A stretch of 64,000 nt of DNA, taken from assembly GCA_965203175.1 (NCBI GenBank), contig OZ241867.1, forward strand, positions 2,816,001 to 2,880,000. Direction: 5' to 3'. Position numbers and translations under genes: made by a program. Positions 1-11,213 of this stretch are shown piece by piece; the first letter of the stretch is position 1; each line of letters starts with the position of its first letter. This DNA is from Candidatus Latescibacterota bacterium. GTDB taxonomy: Bacteria > Latescibacterota > UBA2968 > UBA8231. Below the pieces are notes generated by a model. It was given only the letters and a program-made list of their open reading frames with translations. It made no database searches and had not been told where the DNA came from.

Positions 1-1803
1 TCGTATTTCCCGACTAGCGCCGGCTTTTGTTTTGTGGTGGTTCTGCTGGCGAATGCACTGGTGCGGTGGGTGCGGCCCACGTGGGCGTTGCGGCCCGCCG
101 AGTTGGCTACGATTGTGATCATGGGCTTGGCGGCGACCGGGATTCCAACCTTTATCGTCGGGACCTTGCTGGCGATTATTTCATCGCCGTACTACGGAGC
201 CACTCCGGAAAACGACTGGGCGGGCAACATCCATCCCTACCTACCCGATTGGGTCGTACCTCGCGCCGACGGCGATGCTATGCGCTGGTTCTACGAGGGA
301 CTGCCCAAGGGGCAAGCCCTGCCGTTTGACGTCTGGATCGGGCCGCTGTTTTGGCTGTTGAGCCTGATCCTGACCGTGTACTTTGCCTGCTTTTGCTTGG
401 TAGTGATTTTCCGCCGTCAGTGGGTCGAGCACGAGCGGCTGGTCTTTCCCCTGATGGAGATGCCGAGGTTGCTGATCGACGACGACGGGCGGGCGATTGT
501 GCGCTCCAAGGGGTTTTGGATCGGCGCGGCGATTCCACTGGGGATGATCCTGTTCAACATCATTGGCTCGTTCTATATCGGCTTTCCCAAGATCAACTTC
601 AACCACGCCGTCAATCTACAACTGAGTCGGGAGTTTCCCACCATCAGCCTGATGCTCTACTTCCCGGTGATCGGCTTTATGTACCTGGTTAGCACCAGCG
701 TCTCGTTTAGCATTGTGTTCTTTTACTTGGTGGCTGTGGTGCAAGAGGGGATTACCAACCGCATTGGCTACGACGTGACGCGACCCGATGCTTTCGTCTG
801 GGGGATGCAGTCGCTTTCTTGGCAGGCGTGGGGCGGATTTACGGCAATGGTGCTGTTGAGCTTGTGGATGGCGCGGGGCCATCTAGTGGCAGTCGTGCGC
901 CAAGCCTTGGGGGGACGGCGGACTATAGACGACCGCGAGGAAATGATTTCCTATCGCACGGCGGTTTGTGGATTTATGGCCGCGTTGGTCTATGTTCTCG
1001 GCTGGCTGTGGCGGTCCGGGATGGATCTTCACATTGCCGCGCTCTTTGTCTTCGGCGTGTTAGTCGCCTACTACGGCATTACGCGGTTAGTGGTGCAGGC
1101 CGGGGTCTATTTTTTGACGCCGCCGGTGGGTGCTCAAGCCTTTGCTTTGGCGATAACCGGCACGAGTATAGGTGGGCACAATTTGGTGGCGCTGGGGGTT
1201 TCCTACACTTGGTTCGGGGACGTGCAATCGCTTTTTATGCCAGCGGCGGCACACGGCGCACGGCTCGGCGAACTGTACCGGATTCGCCGGTCGATGGCCC
1301 TGGCGCTGGGCATTGCTGCGGTTGTGGGCTTTACCACCTGTCTCTATTTCGTTCTCTCGCTGTGCTATAAGTACGGCGCGGGCAATTTCGGCTCTTGGTA
1401 CTTTATCGCTGGCGGTGGTGCCGGTGGCATGGCGTACAACGGAGTGATCCGCCACTTCAACGATCCTTGGCCGACCGACTGGAACAAGCTGTCGTACTTT
1501 GGGATCGGGATGGTGGTGTACTCGATTTTGGCCTTCCTCCAGTATCGCCTTCACTGGTGGCCGCTGCATCCGGTGGGCATTGCGGTAGCCCCGCTGTGGA
1601 TGACCCGACTCATTGCGTTCTCGGTCTTTCTGGCGTGGGTGGCCAAGAGCGCGATTATGCGCTATGGCGGGATCGCGGCGTACCGCCAGGCGCGGCCGTT
1701 TTTTATGGGATTGATCGCTGGGTATTTCCTGGGGATTGGGTTGTCGTATTTGGCGGATATTTTCTGGTTTATGGGTGAGGGGCACGCCTATTTTCACGGT
1801 TGA
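1..1803 (+). CDS. DUF6785/DUF6784-type (OPT-like) multipass membrane protein, 5'-truncated by the window edge
   Basis: Frame is open from base 1 (SYFPTSAGFCFVVVLL...) with many hydrophobic helices. Motifs YYGATPENDW, RRQWVEHERLVFPL, WWPLHPVG and RPFFMGLIAG recur in the C-terminal third of 46546..52803. Confidence 0.8.
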   Translation, partial: SYFPTSAGFCFVVVLLANALVRWVRPTWALRPAELATIVIMGLAATGIPTFIVGTLLAIISSPYYGATPENDWAGNIHPYLPDWVVPRADGDAMRWFYEGLPKGQALPFDVWIGPLFWLLSLILTVYFACFCLVVIFRRQWVEHERLVFPLMEMPRLLIDDDGRAIVRSKGFWIGAAIPLGMILFNIIGSFYIGFPKINFNHAVNLQLSREFPTISLMLYFPVIGFMYLVSTSVSFSIVFFYLVAVVQEGITNRIGYDVTRPDAFVWGMQSLSWQAWGGFTAMVLLSLWMARGHLVAVVRQALGGRRTIDDREEMISYRTAVCGFMAALVYVLGWLWRSGMDLHIAALFVFGVLVAYYGITRLVVQAGVYFLTPPVGAQAFALAITGTSIGGHNLVALGVSYTWFGDVQSLFMPAAAHGARLGELYRIRRSMALALGIAAVVGFTTCLYFVLSLCYKYGAGNFGSWYFIAGGGAGGMAYNGVIRHFNDPWPTDWNKLSYFGIGMVVYSILAFLQYRLHWWPLHPVGIAVAPLWMTRLIAFSVFLAWVAKSAIMRYGGIAAYRQARPFFMGLIAGYFLGIGLSYLADIFWFMGEGHAYFHG

Positions 1804-2588
1804 GTGCCCCTCGGCACATCGACGAGGAGTTGGCGTCCATTTAGCGGCTGCACCGGCCGATTGTTGCCATGAATGATAGCTGCAAATGTGGCTATTTGCG
1901 CTTCAGACAATTCAATGGGAGTCGTCAGCACAAACCATTTGACGCCTTCTGAACAAGGGGGCGTCGTCAACGAGCCATAGTAGCGATAGGAGGCCCTTGC
2001 GCTCGGCAATAAGTCGCCCGCGTCAATTGCGACCTGCTCAATCTGTTGCGCGGCACCTGGGGTGCTTGGTAAATGCGCCCAGAGCGGGTTGAATGCGATG
2101 TGGTCCTTACCGCGCTCAATGAGTACCCCAACGACCGTCAACGCGCCGTCCTTACTTTGATGAACGAGGTGCATCTCCATAGCAAACGGTTGGCCAGCCA
2201 CGGTATGTTCGCTCGGTGCGTGGAAATGGAATTGCAGCAGTTCATACCTCGTACTATCCACCTCAATCCAGTTTCCTTTAGGGAACGCCACTTCAATCGT
2301 ATGACCATTGTTGCGGATATTCAGAGTTGCTGGCTGGTAGTTGAAGGCGATAGCCGGAAGCGCTGCCGACGTGGGATTCACAAGGTCGATCGGCGATTGG
2401 TGCGTCCCCGCAGCGCAAAGGGCATATTCTGGGCTGAGCTGTCCCCAAACGGCAGGTCCGTTCTCGGTGCCGTAGCCCCACTCGATCTGATCGGGATGGG
2501 ATGACGCATTCCCTGACTCTGCGTAACTATTCATGCAAGAAGCTATGGCGATACAAATCACCCCAATACAAACATTGTATCTGTTCAT
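1794..2588 (-). CDS. Alpha-class carbonic anhydrase, periplasmic/secreted
   Basis: Signal-like N-terminus; WGY..GP..W, QSPID, QFHFH..SEH, EMHLVH (Zn ligands), GSLTTPPCSEGVKW, NNRPVQPLNGR. Confidence 0.95.
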   Translation of the reverse strand: MNRYNVCIGVICIAIASCMNSYAESGNASSHPDQIEWGYGTENGPAVWGQLSPEYALCAAGTHQSPIDLVNPTSAALPAIAFNYQPATLNIRNNGHTIEVAFPKGNWIEVDSTRYELLQFHFHAPSEHTVAGQPFAMEMHLVHQSKDGALTVVGVLIERGKDHIAFNPLWAHLPSTPGAAQQIEQVAIDAGDLLPSARASYRYYGSLTTPPCSEGVKWFVLTTPIELSEAQIATFAAIIHGNNRPVQPLNGRQLLVDVPRGTQP

Positions 2589-2736
2589 TTTCCTCTCCTT
2601 TTGCTTTGCAGATCGCTCAACTGTACTAAGGGTAATGTAAACATAGAAAGCAAAAGCAACTTCTCCGGCGAGTCGCGATCACGGGTTAGGGGCACGTCCA
2701 CTCCCGCGCTTGAACCCCCCCCGCCGATACCCTATC

Positions 2737-2764
2737 TTGACAGCCGCTCGTCCCATTCTATGAG
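2737..2764 (+). promoter_or_regulatory. Possible sigma70 promoter for the 2779 gene
   Basis: TTGACA at 2737-2742, 16-nt spacer, weak -10 TATGAG. Confidence 0.3.
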
Positions 2765-2778
2765 ACAAAGCGAATTTC

Positions 2779-5700
2779 ATGGCCAAACCCAGACTACTCA
2801 ATGCGTTCTTCTTAGTCTTCGCTGCCGCGATGATTGCGGTCGTCGGTTTCGGCAATCCGGGAGCAGTCAATCGCGCGGTAAATGATTTCTTCGGCTGGGC
2901 ACCCAACCCGCCCGTAGAGGCGCGGATGGTGGATCCCGCGCAAGCCGCCGAGCTTCGCGCTTTGGTCGCTGGCATTGACGAGGCGGACATTGCCGCTGAG
3001 ATCGCGCGCTTTGCCGCCTTTGGCTCGCGGGTGCCGGGTTATGCGGGGGAGCGGCAGGCCCGCGACTACGTGCGCCAGCGGTTTGAGGCGTTGGGGCTGG
3101 AGGACGTGCAGAGCGAGGCATTTAAGGTGGCCGTGCCCATCGATCGCGGCGGCGAGTTGGTGGTGCAAGGCGGCGACAGCAAGCGGCTCTACAGCTTGTG
3201 GCCCAACGGGGTGCGCACGCCCTCGCTGGGGCCGGACGGCGTGCGCGGCCCTCTGATCTACGGAGGCCAAGGCGAGCTCGAAGCATTGGACGGCCAGCCC
3301 GTGCAAGGCAGCATCGTGCTCTTGGACTTTGCCTGCGGCCAAAACTACCTCCACGCCGCATCGCTGGGAGCCAAGGCCATCGTCTTCTTCGACAACGGTG
3401 GCGTCAACCGCGAGCAGGCCGCGGACAAGTTCCTCAAGGTACCGGTTGACATCCCGCGATTTTGGCTCGAGCGGCAAGACGCGCTCGATCTGTTGGTGCG
3501 CCTGCAAGACGGGCCGGTCGTCGTCCACTTGAATGCGCGAATGGATTGGGAAGGGGTGGAAGCGCACAACGTATATGGCTACTTGCCCGGATCGCCAGAG
3601 ATGCTGCCGGCCAAGAGCCGCGAAAAGCCGCAGGCGTGGAAAGACCAAACTATCGTCATCCAAGCCTATTACGACGCCATATCGGCCGTGCCGGCCATCG
3701 CCCCGGGAGCGGAAAACGCGGCCGGGATCGTCGCCCTGCTCCAGCTAGTGGAACTGTTCAAGGAATATCGCCCGCACTACTCGGTGCTCTTTTTGGCGAC
3801 CTCCGGGCACTTTGAGGGCCTGTCCGGGATCAACGATTTCCTCTACCGGCACAGCCGCCGCAGCGACTATTTTCGCGAGCGCATGAGCGAAGACGAACGC
3901 ATTGACTTTGACCTGATGCTATCGCTGGATCTGTCGAGCCACGCCGACCGCACGGCCAGCTTTGGCATGGGCACCTTCTACAATCCCAAGTGGCGCACTG
4001 ACAACTACGTCAAATACATGTTGACGCCCTATTCCAAGCGACTGAGCCTCGCGGTCGAAGAGACCTTTGGCGATACCACGCGCCACTACGAGGGCATTGC
4101 TCCACCCAAGCGCACGTGGAAAAACTTCATGTCCATCCCGCTCGCCTTTGCCAGCGAGGCCGCGGCCTTCGTCGGCCAGAAGGCACTCGCCCTCGCCACG
4201 GCCAATGACGCGCGCGAGCGGGTCGACACGCCGCTCGACCTGCCGGAAGCGGTGGACGCGCAAAACCTCACGCGGCAGATCCAGACGCTCGCGGCCATGT
4301 TGGCGTGGGCTGGTCGCGACGCTGAGTTGCTCAAGCCGACCAAGTTGGAGTTGGAAGACTACGGCCACAGCTTGGCGGGCGCGATCTATTGGTTCGACCG
4401 CGATGTCAATTTTGCCGTGCCCAAGAAGCCGGTGCCGCAAGCGCTGGTGACCTATCAGCAACTCGGCCCGAACTCGGTCGGCGGGGTCCGCACCCTGATC
4501 GCGCAAGAGGCCGACAACGCGGGCCGCTTCCGCTTTGACATTATGCGCAACCGACTAGACAATGCCATCCGCGCGTACGAACTCGATCCCTACGGCGAGA
4601 TTATCTCGGCACCGGACATGGGCCAAGAGGGCGACGAGACGTACCCGACTGTGCATCCGTGGGGCTGGTGGGAAAACGAGATGCTGCAAGTGCTCTTCAA
4701 GTGCCGGGCGCTGAGTCTGTTCGAGACCGTTGACTCGCGCTACCTGTCGGTTTTGGACCACATGACCGTCCTCGACGACCGCGACGGTGTGCCGCAGTCG
4801 TGGGGGGCCGACTTCGTCGAAAAGCAGAGCAATGAGGAGGGCAAGGTAACGCTCGCCTCAGTGGTGTACGCCCAGCCCGGCACTCGGGTCAAAGCCCTGA
4901 TGAGCACGAGCCTTTTCGGCGTGCGCTATCTACTGAGTGGTGCGCCCGCCGAATGGGTGGCTGAGCCGGTGCGCCCGGCCGACGTGGATGAGCCGACGAT
5001 AGAGCGGGCGCTCGGGCGCGGCTATCTGGTGGATCAAGGCGTGGTGTTGCGCCCTGGGTACGCGGCCGCGCGCGACATGTGGGTTCTCGACGATGTGCGG
5101 ATCAAGCAGTTGGCGCGCTACGGGGTGCGCAACGACAAGTTCATGCGCCTGCACGAAGAGGCGCGCTTGGCCTTGTTGGAGGCTGAAGAGCACTTGCAGG
5201 CGCGGCGCTACAGCGAGTTCAAGCGGGCCACGCGCAAGGCGTGGGGCCTCGAAGGGCGGGGCTACCCAGACATCAAATCGACTGCGGATGACACGGTTTA
5301 TGGAGTGATCTTCTACTTCGCGCTGCTGCTGCCGTTTTCGTTTTGCTGCGAGCGGCTGTTTTTCGGCTTTGCCGACATCCGCCGCCAAGTGGCGGGCGCG
5401 GCGTTTTTCTTTTTGGCGATCTTCCTCATCATGCGCTTTATCCACCCGGCCTTCAAGCTGAGTTCGTCGCCGTACATCATCTTTTTGGCCTTCGTGATCT
5501 TCGCCATTGGCGGCACGGCCCTGATGATGATCTTAGGTCGCTTTACCCGGGCCGTCGGCCAGCGCAAGCGGGCCGCTGCTGGCGTCCACGAAGCGGACAT
5601 CGGTCGTCTCAGCGCCACGGCCGCGGCTGCGTCGCTGGGGATTTCCAACCTCCGCAAGCGCAAGTTGCGCACCGCGCTGACGGTCATCACGCTGACGCTT

Positions 5701-7386
5701 TTGACCTTTACGGCCCAGGCCTTCACCTCGGTGCAGAGCTATCTCAAGTTCTATCAGATCCCCCGTCCGAATGTGCCCAGCTACGAGGGTGCCCTGCTGC
5801 GCGACCGAGGCTGGAAGGGCTTGCAGCTATCAGTGCTCGACTATGCGGAGAGCGCGTTTGGCGACCAAGCGCAGGTGCTGCCGAGGTCGTGGATTACTTC
5901 CAAGGTCATTGGCGAGCGGGCCTATATTGACATTGAGCACAAGCCGGCACAGAAGAAGAGCTTTGCCTCAGCTCTCCTAGGAGTGACCTCGGGCGAGGGT
6001 GCGCTGATGGGGTTGGAAGAGTTGTTGGTGGGGCCGGAGAGCCGTTGGTTTGCGGACGGCGAGCGCGACGTGTGCATCCTGCCAGTGGCTATGGCGGAGA
6101 TCTTGGGCATTGGCCCGGAGGACGTGGGCACGGCCCACATTGGGCTGATGGGACGGTCCTATCGGGTCATTGGCTTAATCGACGGCGAGGTAATCGATGG
6201 TCTGCGCGACTTGGACAACGAGAGTCCGATGCCGGTAGATACGGTCGCCGAGGCCAAGAAGATGGAGGAAATGGCTGGCCTGGACCCGCGCCTGATGGAC
6301 ACGGCCGCGATTGAGACCTTTACCCACCTGTTGGCCAACAACGTGGCTTTTTTGCCCTATCAGCAGGTCGTCGATTTGGGCGGGACGCTGCGCTCAATTG
6401 CCATCGCTGGCTTTACTGATCGGGAGACTTTGCTCGCCGAGGTTGAGGAATTCGTGTCGCGGGTGGCCGTGCCGCTTTTTGTTGGGGCTGGCGAGCGCGT
6501 GCGGGTGTACACGTCTATGGGATCGGCGTCCTTGGCCGGGATTGGCAATCTCTTCGTGCCCTTGTTAATCGCCTCGCTGATCGTACTCAACACCATGCTC
6601 GGGGCCGTGTACGAGCGCTCTGGCGAGATTGGGGTGTACTCGTCGGTGGGGCTGGCGCCGAGTCACATTGCCGCGCTCTTCATAGCCGAGGCCCTCGTGT
6701 TTGCCATTGTCGGTGCGGTGCTGGGCTATTTAGTGGGTCAGACGACGACGCTGCTGCTGGCGCACTACGCGCTCTTGGGCGGGATGTTTCTCAACTACTC
6801 GTCGCTGTCGGCGATTTTTTCGACCTTGGTGGTGATGGTGGTGGTGGTGCTCTCGACTCTGTATCCAGCGCGCAAGGCCGCGGCCATGGCTGTGCCCGAT
6901 GTGACGCGGCGCTGGGAGTTTCCCCCGCCCGACGGCGACGACTGGCGCTTTGATTTCCCCTTTACGCTGGGGAAGGGCGATGCCTTGGGCTCGTGCGCGT
7001 ACCTGCACCGGGTCTTCTCGTCGTATGGCGAGGGGTCGGTGGGCGACTTTATGACTGAGGGCGTGGATTTCCACTTGGAGCAGGGCGGCGTGCAGCCGGT
7101 CTATCTATTGGAACTGATGGTGTGGCTCGCACCCTACGACTTGGGCGTGAGCCAGCGGGTGTTCCTGCGCACCTTGCCGACCGACGACATTCCGGGCATT
7201 TACCGCATCGAGATGCACTTGCAGCGCGTCAGCGGCGATGTGGTGAGCTGGCAGCGGCTTAACACCAGTTTCCTCAATGTGCTGCGCAAGCGCTTCTTGG
7301 TCTGGCGGACGATTGCGCCCGAGGTGCGGGAGGAATACTTGATTGAGGGCGAGAAGTTGGCGCAGGGGACGGAAGTGGGAGTTTAG
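2779..7386 (+). CDS. M28-like (degenerate) + PA domain ectodomain fused to a MacB/FtsX-type permease, 1535 aa
   Basis: GSRVPGYAGE..ARDYV (M28 N-terminus), PA domain (GSIVLLDF..AASLGAKAIVF), AYYD..APGAENAAG..SGHFEG, TM bundle, LGISNLRKRKLRTALT (MacB-like start), LNTMLGAVYERSGEIGVYSSVGL (FtsX signature). Confidence 0.85.
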   Translation: MAKPRLLNAFFLVFAAAMIAVVGFGNPGAVNRAVNDFFGWAPNPPVEARMVDPAQAAELRALVAGIDEADIAAEIARFAAFGSRVPGYAGERQARDYVRQRFEALGLEDVQSEAFKVAVPIDRGGELVVQGGDSKRLYSLWPNGVRTPSLGPDGVRGPLIYGGQGELEALDGQPVQGSIVLLDFACGQNYLHAASLGAKAIVFFDNGGVNREQAADKFLKVPVDIPRFWLERQDALDLLVRLQDGPVVVHLNARMDWEGVEAHNVYGYLPGSPEMLPAKSREKPQAWKDQTIVIQAYYDAISAVPAIAPGAENAAGIVALLQLVELFKEYRPHYSVLFLATSGHFEGLSGINDFLYRHSRRSDYFRERMSEDERIDFDLMLSLDLSSHADRTASFGMGTFYNPKWRTDNYVKYMLTPYSKRLSLAVEETFGDTTRHYEGIAPPKRTWKNFMSIPLAFASEAAAFVGQKALALATANDARERVDTPLDLPEAVDAQNLTRQIQTLAAMLAWAGRDAELLKPTKLELEDYGHSLAGAIYWFDRDVNFAVPKKPVPQALVTYQQLGPNSVGGVRTLIAQEADNAGRFRFDIMRNRLDNAIRAYELDPYGEIISAPDMGQEGDETYPTVHPWGWWENEMLQVLFKCRALSLFETVDSRYLSVLDHMTVLDDRDGVPQSWGADFVEKQSNEEGKVTLASVVYAQPGTRVKALMSTSLFGVRYLLSGAPAEWVAEPVRPADVDEPTIERALGRGYLVDQGVVLRPGYAAARDMWVLDDVRIKQLARYGVRNDKFMRLHEEARLALLEAEEHLQARRYSEFKRATRKAWGLEGRGYPDIKSTADDTVYGVIFYFALLLPFSFCCERLFFGFADIRRQVAGAAFFFLAIFLIMRFIHPAFKLSSSPYIIFLAFVIFAIGGTALMMILGRFTRAVGQRKRAAAGVHEADIGRLSATAAAASLGISNLRKRKLRTALTVITLTLLTFTAQAFTSVQSYLKFYQIPRPNVPSYEGALLRDRGWKGLQLSVLDYAESAFGDQAQVLPRSWITSKVIGERAYIDIEHKPAQKKSFASALLGVTSGEGALMGLEELLVGPESRWFADGERDVCILPVAMAEILGIGPEDVGTAHIGLMGRSYRVIGLIDGEVIDGLRDLDNESPMPVDTVAEAKKMEEMAGLDPRLMDTAAIETFTHLLANNVAFLPYQQVVDLGGTLRSIAIAGFTDRETLLAEVEEFVSRVAVPLFVGAGERVRVYTSMGSASLAGIGNLFVPLLIASLIVLNTMLGAVYERSGEIGVYSSVGLAPSHIAALFIAEALVFAIVGAVLGYLVGQTTTLLLAHYALLGGMFLNYSSLSAIFSTLVVMVVVVLSTLYPARKAAAMAVPDVTRRWEFPPPDGDDWRFDFPFTLGKGDALGSCAYLHRVFSSYGEGSVGDFMTEGVDFHLEQGGVQPVYLLELMVWLAPYDLGVSQRVFLRTLPTDDIPGIYRIEMHLQRVSGDVVSWQRLNTSFLNVLRKRFLVWRTIAPEVREEYLIEGEKLAQGTEVGV

Positions 7387-7414
7387 TTTGTTATCAAGCG
7401 TTCAGTTGTAGCCA

Positions 7415-8353
7415 ATGGATAAATTGCCGAATGTCATTCCCTTGACGCCCTATTACCGGGAGATGGTGTGGGGCGGACGCCGCTTAGCCGATCTTTACGG
7501 CAAGGCCCTGCCAGACGATGTGCTCATTGGCGAGTCTTTTGAACTGTCGGCGTACGAGGGCCGCGAGAGTCGGGCGGTGGATGGTCGTTCGCTGGGGGAG
7601 TTGGTGGAAACGCATCGCGCCGATTTGGTTGGTGCTGCGGTGTGGGAGCGTTACGGTGGGCGTTTCCCCTTGCTTATTAAGCTCCTCGACGCTCAGCAGG
7701 ATCTGTCGATCCAAGTGCATCCCGACGACGAGTACGCCCAGCGCAATGGGTTGGTGGACAGCGGCAAGATGGAGGCTTGGTACGTGCTGCAATCGGACGG
7801 CGGCCGCGTGGCTTGCGGGCTGGCCGAGGGCGTGGGCCGCGCAGAGTTTGTCGCCGCACACGCGGCCAAGCGCGTTGCCGAGGTCGTTCGCTTTTACCCG
7901 GTTGCGCAAGGGGACGTGCTCTTTTTGCCGCCGGGCACGGTACATGCCCTGTGCCAAGGGGTCGTCCTGTACGAGGTGCAGCAAACAAGCGACCTGACCT
8001 TCCGCATCTACGACTACGGCCGGCCGCGCGAATTGCACTGGGAGCAGGCTCTTGAGGTCATAGACTTTGCCCAACACCTGCCCGGGCCGGTGTCGCATCC
8101 CGTGCTGTGCGGCCAAGTGTTGGTAGAGTCCGAGCACTTTGTGCTGCGCGGCTGCGGCTTAGATAGCGGCCAAGCCGAACATCGGGCCGAGGGATCGTTT
8201 CTGTCGCTGACGGTCGTTCGCGGCCGGGCGCGTGTAGGGGAGTGCGCCTTGGACACGGGGGCGACTGCGCTGGTGCCGGCTGGGCGCGCTTGCGCGGTCG
8301 CTCCGCTGGGAGGCGAAAGACTGGAGTACCTAATCGCTTCCGTACCCACCTGA
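7415..8353 (+). CDS. manA: Mannose-6-phosphate isomerase, class I (cupin)
   Basis: VWGG, GESFELS, FPLLIKLLDA..DLSIQVHPDD, KMEAWY, PGTVHAL, EVQQTSDLTFRIYDYGR. Confidence 0.9.
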   Translation: MDKLPNVIPLTPYYREMVWGGRRLADLYGKALPDDVLIGESFELSAYEGRESRAVDGRSLGELVETHRADLVGAAVWERYGGRFPLLIKLLDAQQDLSIQVHPDDEYAQRNGLVDSGKMEAWYVLQSDGGRVACGLAEGVGRAEFVAAHAAKRVAEVVRFYPVAQGDVLFLPPGTVHALCQGVVLYEVQQTSDLTFRIYDYGRPRELHWEQALEVIDFAQHLPGPVSHPVLCGQVLVESEHFVLRGCGLDSGQAEHRAEGSFLSLTVVRGRARVGECALDTGATALVPAGRACAVAPLGGERLEYLIASVPT

Positions 8354-8424
8354 AAAGCCTTGCTGGAACGCCAGTCCCGATTATCATTAAACCAACGCAA
8401 CCACAAACAACGAAGGAGTATATT

Positions 8425-9210
8425 GTGAATCTATTTTCGCTAGCGGGAAAAGTCGCCCTCGTCACCGGCGCTAGTCGCGGCATTGGTCGCGGGGTGGCCG
8501 CAGGCATGGCTGAGGCCGGAGCCACGGTTATCTGCGCCGCCCGCACCCGCAGCCAACTCGACGAAGCTGTCGCTGCCATTGAGGCCGCAGGCGGCACGGC
8601 CCGCGCGGTCGAGTTGGACATGGCTGACCTAGAGGGCATGGATGCGGCCTTGGAGCAATGCGGGCCTATAGACATTCTGTTCAATAATGCCGGCATGAAC
8701 ATCCGCCAGCCCATCGTCGAGGTCTCAGAGGAAAACTACGATCAGATCATGGCCGTCAACCTCAAGGGCCTGTACTTCCTCAGCCAGAAGGTCGGCCGCC
8801 AGATGATCGAGCGCGGCCAAGGCGGCAAGATCATCAACATCGGTTCGCTGACCACGGGCTACGCCCTTGCCAAAGTGTCGGTGTACACCGCGACCAAGGG
8901 GGCCGTCGGCCAGCTCACCAAGGGCCAAGCCATTGAGTTCGGGCCGCACAACATCCAGGTCAATGCCATCTGCCCGGGCTTTATAATCACCTCGCTCAGT
9001 GAGAAGCTGTGGGCCGACGACACCATGCGTGCTTGGGGTGAGGGGCGGGTTGTGCTCAACCGCTTGGGGACGCCCGAAGACTTGGTCGGCACGGCCGTCT
9101 TTCTCGCCGCGCCAGCCTCGGATTACGTCACCGGGGAGTGCATTTACGTCGATGGCGGCTTCATGGCCGGCGACGAGTGGCCCTTGCCGCCGGTGGCTGG
9201 TAGCAAGTAG
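8425..9210 (+). CDS. SDR oxidoreductase (gluconate 5-dehydrogenase/KduD-like)
   Basis: GTG start after AAGGAG RBS; [23 protein letters not shown]. Confidence 0.88.
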   Translation: MNLFSLAGKVALVTGASRGIGRGVAAGMAEAGATVICAARTRSQLDEAVAAIEAAGGTARAVELDMADLEGMDAALEQCGPIDILFNNAGMNIRQPIVEVSEENYDQIMAVNLKGLYFLSQKVGRQMIERGQGGKIINIGSLTTGYALAKVSVYTATKGAVGQLTKGQAIEFGPHNIQVNAICPGFIITSLSEKLWADDTMRAWGEGRVVLNRLGTPEDLVGTAVFLAAPASDYVTGECIYVDGGFMAGDEWPLPPVAGSK

Positions 9211-9257
9211 TTTGTGCTATTGATGGCTATTTCTACTCTAATGAGGAGTTAGCTCGC

Positions 9258-11213
<1,956 letters not shown>

